A stretch of 64,000 nucleotides of DNA from Minisyncoccia bacterium (GTDB lineage: Bacteria > Patescibacteriota > Minisyncoccia > UBA6257 > JAAZHW01): contig JBFEPE010000001.1 of NCBI GenBank assembly GCA_041550235.1, positions 8,003-72,002 of the forward strand. Reading direction: 5' to 3'. The translations under genes and the position numbers were made by a program. Under the pieces are notes generated by a model that was not told where the DNA came from, made no database searches, and worked only from the letters and a program-made list of their open reading frames with translations. Below are positions 39,322-48,281 of this stretch, piece by piece (the stretch's first letter is position 1; each line of letters begins with the position of its first letter).

Positions 39322-41454
39322 ATGGAAATATCACAATTATTATCAGCAATAAACAAAAAAGAAATAGTCGTTCCTGAGTTCCAAAGAGAATATGTTTGGA
39401 GATTAGAACAAGCAAAAGAATTGATGACTTCTCTGTTTAAGGATTATCCAACAGGAAGTATTTTAGTTTGGCCAACAAATAAACCGCCAAAGATAAAAAA
39501 CAATGCTGTTGATATTAAAGATATTGGGACGGTTAGGGTTTTATTAGATGGCCAACAGAGATTAACCACTTTATATCTCTTAATTAAAGGACAAATTCCG
39601 CCATATTACAGAGAAGACGACATAACGAATGATCCAAGACATTTATATTTCAATTTAGAAACAGGAGATTTCAACTACTATCAAAAACAAAAAATGGAAG
39701 GGAACTCTTTTTGGAAAAGAGTTGTTGATTGTTTCAATGATGATTTTGATATTTTTTCTTTGGAAAATGATATAAAAGAAAAAGGTGGAGATTTTTCTGA
39801 ATTAGGGAGAAAAATAAACAATAACATTGGAAAATTAAAAAGTATTTTAAGAGAAGATTATCATATTCAACAAGTTCCCGATGGGGTAGAAATTGATGAA
39901 GCTATTGATATTTTTGATAGAGTTAATTCAAAAGGAACAAAACTTACTGATGCCGAGCTTGTTTTAACTCATATCGCTGGAAAATGGCCGGAAGTTAGAG
40001 AGAAGATGAAAGAAAGCATAAGAGAATATAGAAAAACTGGTTTTGATTTTAGTTTAGATTTTCTAACAAGATGTATGACAATAATTATTACCAAATCAGC
40101 CCTCTTTGAAAAAATGAATGATGAGATTTATAAGAATACAAGAGAAGAAGATTATAAAGAAAAATGGAAAAATCTAACCAAGATATTTAATTATTTGCTT
40201 CCAATCTTAAAAGAAAATGGTTATATAAACGGAAGTGGAGATTTAAGCACTAATAATGTTTTAGTTCCAATAGTTGCCTATATTTCTCAAAATTCTTTTT
40301 CTTTTCCAAATACTCCAATTAGAAACTATTTCTTATACTGGATGTTTTTGGCTTCTGTTTGGGGCCGATATAGTAGCCGAACCGACCAAAGTTTAGACAG
40401 AGATGTTTATCTTGCTATAAACAGCCAAAATCCGATAGATGACTTACTTAAAGAAATAGAAGACCAAAGGGGAAGATTAGAGGTAAAACAAGCAGATTTA
40501 GAAGGGAGAGGATCGGCACACCCGCTCTATAAAATGCTTGGAATTTTGGCTCGGTATAATAAGGCGATTGACTGGAAGAATGGCGGATCTCTCAATGAAA
40601 CATTAGGAGAAGAATATGCTATTCATAGTCATCATATTTTTCCACAAGGTCTTTTATATAAAAATGGATATACTTCCGATAATCATTTAGATAAAAAAAT
40701 TGTTAATGAGATAGCAAATAGGGCTTTTATAACAAGAGATGCCAACCTTGATATTTCAGACAAGAAACCGCTTGATTATCTAAGAGAAATAAAGAAAAAA
40801 TATCCCGAAGCTCTAAAACAGCAATTTATACCTGAATTTGAAAATTTATGGGATATAGGCAAATTTAGAGATTTTTTGGCCGAAAGAAGAATTTTAATAG
40901 CTCAATCTATAAATGATTTTCTTGATAATCTAAAAGCTGAAGGTGAAAAGATAGAGATTGATAGAGTTGATTATGAAAAGATTATAGAAAGAGGAGAAGA
41001 CAATTACATAGAGTTCAAATCTTCTTTAAGGTGGGATATGAATAGAAATACAACTAACTCAGATTTAAAAAAAGAAATAGCCAAAGCAATGTCAGCCTTT
41101 ATGAATACGGAAGGAGGCAGATTATTTATTGGAGTTAATGATGAGGGTGAAATTTTAGGATTAGATAATGATTATAAGACATTAGGAACACGACAAAATA
41201 AAGACGGATTTCTTCAAAAAATGGATCAGGTAGTTGAAAATTACTTAGGAAGGGAATTTTTTGAGTATATTAGCATTAAGATAATAAAAATAGATGATAA
41301 GGATGTCTGTTTAGTTGAATTAACTAATAGCGGAAAACCTGTCTATCTGAAATTAAAAGACAAAGAGGAGTTTTATATTAGGGGATCAGCCTCTTCTCGT
41401 CCATTAAGTTTGAGTGAAGCCAATGAATATATTAAAAATCATTCTTGGGAATAA
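39322..41454 (+). CDS. GmrSD-like Type IV restriction-type protein: DUF262 (ParB-like NTPase/nuclease) + DUF1524 (His-Me/HNH) + C-terminal Schlafen/AlbA_2 domain
   Basis: N-terminal VVPEFQREYVW (DUF262). Central EYAIHSHHIFPQGLL...NRAFITRDANLDISDK (DUF1524). C-terminal IEFKSSLRWD...AFMNTEGGRLFIGVNDEGEILGL (AlbA_2). Confidence 0.75.
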   Translation: MEISQLLSAINKKEIVVPEFQREYVWRLEQAKELMTSLFKDYPTGSILVWPTNKPPKIKNNAVDIKDIGTVRVLLDGQQRLTTLYLLIKGQIPPYYREDDITNDPRHLYFNLETGDFNYYQKQKMEGNSFWKRVVDCFNDDFDIFSLENDIKEKGGDFSELGRKINNNIGKLKSILREDYHIQQVPDGVEIDEAIDIFDRVNSKGTKLTDAELVLTHIAGKWPEVREKMKESIREYRKTGFDFSLDFLTRCMTIIITKSALFEKMNDEIYKNTREEDYKEKWKNLTKIFNYLLPILKENGYINGSGDLSTNNVLVPIVAYISQNSFSFPNTPIRNYFLYWMFLASVWGRYSSRTDQSLDRDVYLAINSQNPIDDLLKEIEDQRGRLEVKQADLEGRGSAHPLYKMLGILARYNKAIDWKNGGSLNETLGEEYAIHSHHIFPQGLLYKNGYTSDNHLDKKIVNEIANRAFITRDANLDISDKKPLDYLREIKKKYPEALKQQFIPEFENLWDIGKFRDFLAERRILIAQSINDFLDNLKAEGEKIEIDRVDYEKIIERGEDNYIEFKSSLRWDMNRNTTNSDLKKEIAKAMSAFMNTEGGRLFIGVNDEGEILGLDNDYKTLGTRQNKDGFLQKMDQVVENYLGREFFEYISIKIIKIDDKDVCLVELTNSGKPVYLKLKDKEEFYIRGSASSRPLSLSEANEYIKNHSWE

Positions 41455-41690
41455 TTATGCTATCAAAATAAGAAACAAAAAATTTTATCAAAAAGCATAT
41501 AGGGATAATTTTGATGAAGAAATTATTAGAAAAGAAATAGGCAAAACAGGTGTTAGAATAACCAATTTATTTGAGAGAGTTTTTGGCCTATTTAAATTAA
41601 AATAAATAGAATAGAATGGATTATTATTGAGAGAAAAGAATTAAAAAACTGATAATTGAAACCAGTTTTTAATACTCCGAAATTAAACCA

Positions 41691-42575
41691 TCAGTCATCA
41701 TCCACCAAATCAGTCTCAAAAATCGCATAAATCGGATAATGGTCTGAAATGTCTTCAATCAAATCTTGGTCCGTAATCCCGTATTCTTGGTCAAAGTAAA
41801 AGACACTGGCTGTATTGGTTGAGTATTCAGAGAAATAAGTGTCTGCCTTCATAACAATCCGGTCATAAGTCCAGTCGGTTTTAGTCATTGTATCCATATC
41901 ATTACTGATTACCCAGTAATGATTTATTGTTTTGAAGGGATTTGTTGTTGTATTTTCATCAAAATAACTTCCATCGGCATTAAAGTCTCCCATTACAATA
42001 ATATCTTTTTCATTGGGATTTTGAGAAAGAATATAATTATATACATCTTCTAAATGGGCTATTTCTCTGTTTGTATCATCGGGTTTAGTGTGAATCCCTG
42101 CTAATGTAAAATCAAAATCTCCACTTCTGAAAGAAGCAATATATGGTTCTCTCTCAAAAACATTTCTTATGTCATTATAGATATAATCAGAGCCAGTAAT
42201 AAAATTTACCTTGTCTGTATTATAGAAGTAAGCATAAGATTCTTTACTATTTGTTCTTCCTACCCCCTCGCTTTTTACAAAGGCATATTTATCAGAGCCA
42301 ATATCTTCATTTATCTTTTCTAAATAATAATCTGCTGTTTCTTCTTGGGCATCTCTTATTTCCTGAACCAACATAATATCAAATTCTTGAGCTATTTTAA
42401 CTAATTGCTCCATTACTTCGGGCTTATTTCTTTTTGTTTCCCCAAATATCTGAATGTTAAAAGCCCCCACCTTGATTGGACCGGGAAGAGTAGATTGACT
42501 TGTTCCAAAGAATACAAGAACTCCAGCCAAAATTGCTGGAATTATGATTTTTAATAATTTTTTGATATTAAACAT
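41691..42575 (-). CDS. Secreted/membrane-anchored endonuclease-exonuclease-phosphatase (DNase I-like) family nuclease
   Basis: N-terminal signal/TM. EEP motifs GAFNIQIFG, MLVQE, GIHTKP, GDFNA and SDHYP. Confidence 0.75.
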   Translation of the reverse strand: MFNIKKLLKIIIPAILAGVLVFFGTSQSTLPGPIKVGAFNIQIFGETKRNKPEVMEQLVKIAQEFDIMLVQEIRDAQEETADYYLEKINEDIGSDKYAFVKSEGVGRTNSKESYAYFYNTDKVNFITGSDYIYNDIRNVFEREPYIASFRSGDFDFTLAGIHTKPDDTNREIAHLEDVYNYILSQNPNEKDIIVMGDFNADGSYFDENTTTNPFKTINHYWVISNDMDTMTKTDWTYDRIVMKADTYFSEYSTNTASVFYFDQEYGITDQDLIEDISDHYPIYAIFETDLVDDD

Positions 42576-42581
42576 AACTTT

Positions 42582-42815
42582 TTAATGAATTCTATCTCTT
42601 GGTGGCATTGGATCTTTCCCATAACTATCTTTATCCTGTATTTTTCCATCTTTCCCGTGAATTATATGTTCTACTTCATCTTTTTTGGCTTGTTTAATGG
42701 ATGCTTTTATTGCCCGATCTTTTGTTGAATGAGAAGAAAGAGGGGTTTTTCTTCCTTCTTGGATTGTTCGCCACCCTCCATCCTTATATGTTGTGTGAAT
42801 GTTTTTCTTAGGCAT
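42582..42815 (-). CDS. Small hypothetical protein (DUF2188-like?)
   Basis: YKDGGWRTIQEG...AIKASIKQAKKD resembles small KGGW proteins. Weak. Confidence 0.35.
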   Translation of the reverse strand: MPKKNIHTTYKDGGWRTIQEGRKTPLSSHSTKDRAIKASIKQAKKDEVEHIIHGKDGKIQDKDSYGKDPMPPRDRIH

Positions 42816-42936
42816 AATTTTTATTTAATTAACGACCTTTGTAAAAATCCGAAAACTGAATTACTTCCGATTTTTATAAATCCTTGAATTAGATTTGCTT
42901 TTATTATATCAGAATTAGTGTTAAAGTTAAACCAAT

Positions 42937-43131
42937 ATGCTAACAGATAAAGAAATAGATGATTTTATTGAGTTATACAAGAAAAAATTTGGAAAAGAAA
43001 TTGGCAGAGAAGAGGCGATTAGAAAAGGGGCAAAATTAGTTCGGCTTGTAGAAGCTATTTTGAAACCTAAAGATAGTAATCCTAAAAAAGCGGAACATAT
43101 TATTGATGAAAGCCACAAAAAACCTATTTAA
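42937..43131 (+). CDS. Small hypothetical protein (64 aa), possible DNA-binding
   Basis: Helical, basic. Located upstream of the iteron-like repeats. Confidence 0.3.
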   Translation: MLTDKEIDDFIELYKKKFGKEIGREEAIRKGAKLVRLVEAILKPKDSNPKKAEHIIDESHKKPI

Positions 43132-43169
43132 TAAATGGGTTTTTGTTTATTTTTTATGATAAAAGTAAT

Positions 43170-43465
43170 AAAAAAATGCTGGCTACTACTGGCTACGCGA
43201 GGGGGTAATGACAAAAAATACTTAAATTTTTAAGTGATTGGGAAAACTTAATATCAAAACCTAAAAAAGCAAGTAAATAAAAGGTTTTTTCTATTTTTTA
43301 GGTCAAAATAATTATCAAAAAAATGATGGCTACTAATGGCTACAAGAAGGGATTATAAAATAAAAAATCTTGGAAAATCTTGGAAATTTGAGGGGGTATG
43401 ACAACATAGGTAGTGCTGTTTTTTTGTTTGCCCTATTGATTTTTTAGGGTAAAATAAGGTTATAA
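43170..43465. repeat. Two ~140-bp tandem units each with paired TGGCTAC iteron-like direct repeats spaced 10 bp
   Basis: tggctactactggctac (43180-43196) and tggctactaatggctac (43326-43342). Further shared blocks gggggta(a)tgacaa and tttt(t)agg(g)t(c/a)aaataa. Confidence 0.65.
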
Positions 43466-43480
43466 TTTTGTTAACAAAAA

Positions 43481-44308
43481 ATGAAAGATAATAAAGAAAA
43501 CAAAAAATCCTATTTAACTCAAGGAGATAAGAAATTATTGATATCTTTTAGAAGATTTTTGAAAAGAGAGCCAGTTTTATTAAAAATTCAAGATTTAAGA
43601 AAGAAATATGATATACCAAAAAATGGATTAAAAAAGAATGAAGTTTTTAAGCCAAATGAAGATGGATATCAAATCTATGTGGGAGATTTTGATTTTCCAA
43701 TCAGGATTGATTTTAATTCCGCCCTTAGAAAAGATATTAAAGAATATCTTCTTGAAGAATTTCCTGTAAAATCTAATTTTATTATACATCTAACGAAGAT
43801 GTTTATTTTGTATAACAACATTGATGATTATATAGATTTTGATAAATCCAAAGAAGAAGTTGATTTAGAATTATTTAACATATTTGATTTAGTTGATGAT
43901 ATGGAGATAGGTTATGATGTTATGAATGATCGTGATGCTGGGACTGGTCAAATTCACGGCTTTATTGAAGAAATAATGAATAGAGGAATGGAATATCCAA
44001 TTTCAATAGGAATACCAAACGGAGCCACTAAAAGGGATTTATTAGAATATATAAAGAAAAATTGGAATAAAATTGAAAAATTAAGAAATTCCAAAAAAGA
44101 AAATAAAAAATGGTTAGCCGTAAGAAAAAGTAATCCCGAGATTGAGAGAAGAGATGATTTTATTTATAAGCATAGAAAAAAATCATTAAAAGAAATAAAG
44201 GATTTAGTTATAGAAAAATTTGAAGGAAGTTTAGATGGCGATAGAAGGATTTTATATACTTGGCAAATTAAAAATATAATTGATAGAGAAAAGAAAAAAA
44301 GGAGCTAA
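43481..44308 (+). CDS. Hypothetical protein (275 aa) upstream of second integrase
   Basis: No family recognised. Lys-rich termini. Confidence 0.45.
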   Translation: MKDNKENKKSYLTQGDKKLLISFRRFLKREPVLLKIQDLRKKYDIPKNGLKKNEVFKPNEDGYQIYVGDFDFPIRIDFNSALRKDIKEYLLEEFPVKSNFIIHLTKMFILYNNIDDYIDFDKSKEEVDLELFNIFDLVDDMEIGYDVMNDRDAGTGQIHGFIEEIMNRGMEYPISIGIPNGATKRDLLEYIKKNWNKIEKLRNSKKENKKWLAVRKSNPEIERRDDFIYKHRKKSLKEIKDLVIEKFEGSLDGDRRILYTWQIKNIIDREKKKRS

Positions 44309-44417
44309 GTGTATCACACTTAGTTTTTAGTGCCATTTCGTTTTATTTCTTAAAATCTGGTTAATAATCAGATTTTTTTATTTTTCAAGAAATATCTGAT
44401 TTAAGATTTTAGGAAAT

Positions 44418-45344
44418 ATGAAAGATCTATTTGAACAATTTATAAAACAGCAAGAATATGTTGAAAGGAAAAGAAAAAAGACGATAGAAAATTATCGGCA
44501 GAATTTTAATTTATTGTTTGGCTTTAAGCCTGATTTGAAATTGGAAGATTTAACCGAAGAAACAATGATTGATTTCTTTGAGTATCTTGATACAAGGGAA
44601 AGAAGGGTCGGAAAGAAAATGATTGTTAGAAAAATTAAAAATTCCAGTATCGCCACAATAAGAGGAAAATTAGAGGTATTTTTTAGGTGGTTAGTTGATA
44701 GGGAGCATATCAAATCTAATCCATTTGAAAAAATACCATACCCGGAAGTTTCCTACACAAGCAAAGAGGCTTTCACGAAAGAGGAATTTGATAAAATTTT
44801 TATAAACATCGTTAGAGATATTAAATGGGTCAATGATTTTTTGCGAAAAAGAAACACAGCAATGATAATGACTTTAGTATTAACTGGGATAAGAAGAGAA
44901 GAGTTATTAGAATTAAAGCTGTCTGATATTGATTGGAAGAATAAAAAAATAACAATTAGAGATGAAACTTCTAAATCTAAAAGAACAAGAACTATTCCTA
45001 TGTCGCCAGATTTGAGGCCATTTTTAGAGGATTATTTAATAACCAGAACTAATAAGAAAAATAGTTTTCTTTGGGTCAATGGCAGAGATGAAAAATTTAC
45101 TGAACACGGCTGGAAGCATCTTGTTAAAAAACTAAAAGAAGAAACAGAAACTAATTTCCGCACCCATAGATTTAGACATACATTTGCTTGTAATTATTAT
45201 CGGCAGAGAAAAGATCCGGTTGGATTACAAAAAATGATGGGACATCAAGATATTAAAACTACTTTTAAGGTATATTTGCGATCCATAGATGATGATGATT
45301 TAACAAAAGAAATGAATAAATTTAAGATTTCTAAGTTTTATTAA
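44418..45344 (+). CDS. Tyrosine site-specific recombinase/integrase (second copy, divergent from 27749)
   Basis: HRFRHTFACNYYRQRKDPVGLQKMMGHQDIKTTFKVYL. N-terminal SAM-like core-binding domain. 308 aa. Confidence 0.9.
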   Translation: MKDLFEQFIKQQEYVERKRKKTIENYRQNFNLLFGFKPDLKLEDLTEETMIDFFEYLDTRERRVGKKMIVRKIKNSSIATIRGKLEVFFRWLVDREHIKSNPFEKIPYPEVSYTSKEAFTKEEFDKIFINIVRDIKWVNDFLRKRNTAMIMTLVLTGIRREELLELKLSDIDWKNKKITIRDETSKSKRTRTIPMSPDLRPFLEDYLITRTNKKNSFLWVNGRDEKFTEHGWKHLVKKLKEETETNFRTHRFRHTFACNYYRQRKDPVGLQKMMGHQDIKTTFKVYLRSIDDDDLTKEMNKFKISKFY

Positions 45345-45550
45345 AAATGGTCTTGCTAAAGTAAAATGTATCCGCTATTATTGAAGCATCTTAACAATTA
45401 AACAGCTTTTCTTTTTTGCTTTTTAGGGTCTTTTTTCCAAATGAGCGAAATTGGTAAATGGGTCGTGCTAAAAACCAAGTGTTTTGAGTGAAAATCCCCA
45501 TTTTATCAGGTTTTATCGGCATTTTTAGAGAAAAAGGGTGGAGCTGTTTA

Positions 45551-45592
45551 ATGGTAAGGAGTAGGTCAGCGGTTCAAGTCCGCTCATTGGCT
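45551..45592 (+). pseudogene. 3' half of the split tRNA-Thr(GGT) gene
   Basis: atggtaa-ggagt-aggtc-agcgg-ttcaagt-ccgct-cattggc-t. Complements the 5' half at 27457-27494 (gccaatg/cattggc, actcc/ggagt). Confidence 0.75.
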
Positions 45593-45599
45593 CTTTTAG

Positions 45600-45625
45600 A
45601 GAGATTGATTAAATCTCTTTTTTTG
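45600..45625 (+). terminator. Hairpin terminator after the tRNA 3' half
   Basis: agagattgattaaatctct + ttttttg. Confidence 0.45.
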
Positions 45626-45636
45626 TTTTTCTTTTA

Positions 45637-45716
45637 AAAATATGTTAAAATATATACATATTTAGAGGGCAAAAGCCCCTGCTCTGAATCTTTGGGGTAG
45701 GGGTTTTAATATAAAT
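45637..45716 (+). repeat. Copy 1 of a ~50-bp direct repeat plus hairpin cassette (second copy at 48282-48371; partial third at 36101-36152)
   Basis: aaaaatatgttaaaatatatacatatttagagggcaaaagcccctgctct...ggggtaggggtttt...atATG. Confidence 0.75.
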
Positions 45717-46928
45717 ATGAACAAAGATATATCTAAAATTTTTATACCAAAACTTACATATAATGAGTTATCTTTTGTTAAAGGGAAGGGGGTTCCAGCA
45801 ATAATAATGGATGCTTATTTAGTTGCTTATAGAAAAAAAGTTGCTGATAAAATCAGACAGGAAACAAGTTTGTTTATCATTGATCCTAATACCAATTATT
45901 TTGTTGATGATTATTGTAAGAAAAAACCTAGTTTTAAAAGTTTATCAACTACCCCAAAGAAACCATATAAAATAGATGAATTATTGACCGATGAAGGAGT
46001 TAGAAAATACGAAATGGTTTTAAATAATATTAGAAATCAGATAAATAACAATGCTGGATTAATAATATTGCCTTATTTATATATGGACAGCATAGATGAT
46101 GTTAAATTTAATTTAAATTTAACGATGATTAGTGATGGTTTGAGAGTTATAAAAGATAATAAAATAAAATACCCGACATATGCAATGATTAATATAGGTA
46201 ATAATATTTTTAATGATTATTCTAAAATAGATTTCTTAATAGGAAGATATTTTGTTGATTTCAAAAATGAATTAGACGGATATTTTGTAATGATAAACAA
46301 TTTTGATTGTCGCAGAGCTAGTAAAGAGGAGTTATTGGGATTAGCATATTTAACTTTTCGTTTATCAGGAAAAAAGGATCTTTATTTTTTGAAGATGGGA
46401 GATTATGGAGAAATTCTTTGTAGTATAGGTGCTACTGGTTATAGTAGTAGTTTGGCTGGAGGCGAAACTTTTAATGCAGACAATTTATCTAAGAAAAAAA
46501 TAGGAAAGATTTTTGGTAGGAATCATAAGGAAATAACTTATGTAGCTGAATTATTTATTTATCTAAATGATGAGATTTTAAAGAAGATAAAGTATTCTTG
46601 CGATTGTGAAGTTTGTAAAGGCAATATCCCAAGCAGCTGGAATGATACGAGGATGCATTTTCTCAATAGAAAATTAATGGCGATAGAGGAATTAAATAAG
46701 ATAGAAGATGGTGAAAAAATTAAATTTATGATTTCTAAAATAAATAATTCTATTGAACAAGTCGCTGAATATAATTCAAAATTTGCCCCCTTGTCAATTA
46801 AAGCAGATTTTCTTTTGAAATGGAAGCAAGTTTTAAAAGAAGTAATAAATTGGAAAGACGATGACTCAAAGAAAGTTGATACGATTGATTTAGATAAAAT
46901 TATAGAGGAGGCACGAAAATCTCAATGA
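45717..46928 (+). CDS. Hypothetical protein (403 aa) with tRNA-guanine-transglycosylase-like motifs
   Basis: VMINNFDCRR (cf. TGT catalytic xMFDCV) and SCDCEVCKG (CxCxxC zinc subdomain) followed by H 15 aa later. Otherwise unrecognised. Confidence 0.45.
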   Translation: MNKDISKIFIPKLTYNELSFVKGKGVPAIIMDAYLVAYRKKVADKIRQETSLFIIDPNTNYFVDDYCKKKPSFKSLSTTPKKPYKIDELLTDEGVRKYEMVLNNIRNQINNNAGLIILPYLYMDSIDDVKFNLNLTMISDGLRVIKDNKIKYPTYAMINIGNNIFNDYSKIDFLIGRYFVDFKNELDGYFVMINNFDCRRASKEELLGLAYLTFRLSGKKDLYFLKMGDYGEILCSIGATGYSSSLAGGETFNADNLSKKKIGKIFGRNHKEITYVAELFIYLNDEILKKIKYSCDCEVCKGNIPSSWNDTRMHFLNRKLMAIEELNKIEDGEKIKFMISKINNSIEQVAEYNSKFAPLSIKADFLLKWKQVLKEVINWKDDDSKKVDTIDLDKIIEEARKSQ

Positions 46929-47371
46929 ATATAGTCCCCGATACTAATTTGTTATTAAAGGGATTATTGTTTAGGGGTGATGCTAGACAAATAATCAATT
47001 TAGCTTATTCAAAAAAAATAAACCTTTATGGGAGTAAGGGCTCTTTTGAGGAGATAAAGAGAGTCGTTTATTATAAAAATTTTAAAAAATATCTTGAAAA
47101 AGAAATTTATACGCCAGAGAAATTAATTGTTTCTTATAGATCATTAATTAATATAGCTACAATAAACAAAAATTATAAAGATTTGAAAGTTGTAAAAGAT
47201 GATCCAGACGATGATGAATTCTTAAAAATAGCAAAGACAATAGAATCGCAGATCATAATATCTAGCGATAAGCATTTAAGAAGAATCGAAAAATATGATG
47301 ATATCAGAATAATAGAGCCAGAGATTTTTATTAAAATTTACCCTAAAATATTAGGCAGAAAATTCATTTAA
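46925..47371 (+). CDS. PIN-domain nuclease
   Basis: MNIVPDTNLLL (first acidic residue), DDPDDDEFL, ISSDKHL. Start overlaps the upstream gene (ATGA). Confidence 0.7.
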   Translation: MNIVPDTNLLLKGLLFRGDARQIINLAYSKKINLYGSKGSFEEIKRVVYYKNFKKYLEKEIYTPEKLIVSYRSLINIATINKNYKDLKVVKDDPDDDEFLKIAKTIESQIIISSDKHLRRIEKYDDIRIIEPEIFIKIYPKILGRKFI

Positions 47372-48022
47372 TATTTTTTTGTTTAATATTGATTCAGCCG
47401 CTAAATTAAATTTATATTTGTTTAGTGCTTTTTTTGGTTTAAGATTTGTGATCTCAAGTCCTTTATTTTCAAGATTTAATATTATTAATCCAATTTCATG
47501 TTTTTCTAACAATTTCTTATCTATAAGGTGTTCCTGAGATGATGGCATAGCTAAATATACTTTATTAGCAAATGATTTATATCTATTGGCTTGAAGTATG
47601 CCTCTTTTCCAGTTTTTTAGTTTAGCTTCTATAGCAATTATCTCCTTAGCAATGGGCATCCACCCATTTATTTTATAATAATATTGATCGTCAATTATTT
47701 TAATGAAATTATCATCTTGTAGTTTTTTTAAATATTTATACTTCAGTGTATTTCTTGATATTTTTAATCTATTGATAATAAATTCTATATCCACCTTTTT
47801 TCTTTTTCCCATTTCTGGCAAAAGATCAAATATTCTAAAATAATCTTCATTTTCGATTGATTTATATTGTTTATGATTCTTTCTTATTAAACAATTATTA
47901 GAGTCGAGCTTAAATAACACTAAATCAGCTATACCATAACCAACCCCAACTTCCCTTTTGGTTAGATAGCCATTTTTAGACAACTCTTTTTCTAGCAAGG
48001 AGACAAAATATTTTTCTGTCAT
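47351..48022 (-). CDS. PD-(D/E)XK nuclease-family protein (Mrr/Hjc-like core)
   Basis: GYGIADLVLF...IAIEAKLKNWKRGILQANRY shows a D / E-x-K / Q-x-x-R-Y arrangement. 223 aa. Confidence 0.5.
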   Translation of the reverse strand: MTEKYFVSLLEKELSKNGYLTKREVGVGYGIADLVLFKLDSNNCLIRKNHKQYKSIENEDYFRIFDLLPEMGKRKKVDIEFIINRLKISRNTLKYKYLKKLQDDNFIKIIDDQYYYKINGWMPIAKEIIAIEAKLKNWKRGILQANRYKSFANKVYLAMPSSQEHLIDKKLLEKHEIGLIILNLENKGLEITNLKPKKALNKYKFNLAAESILNKKILNEFSA

Positions 48023-48281
48023 ATTAATATTATACTATAATAATAGATTTAATGACATACTTACTCTTAAATAGTGAAAGACGGCGAGCAATCTTGTCGC
48101 TTTGTTGATTTAATAATACCATAATTAAAGATAATATAAAGTCTAAAATTCCAGAAGTAATTATTTAGAGAATTAAGCATTCAAAAATTTAGTATTTTTA
48201 ATATTATATAGATTGCTTTTTATTGTCAGATTTTTTATTTATCAAATTTGCCATAATAATACAGGCAAATTTATTTTATTT

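Noticed and set aside
41414-41605. 63-aa ORF overlapping the 3' end of the GmrSD-like gene
   Set aside because: It starts inside the upstream gene in another frame, has no RBS, and has a Lys/Ile-rich composition expected from AT-rich noncoding DNA.
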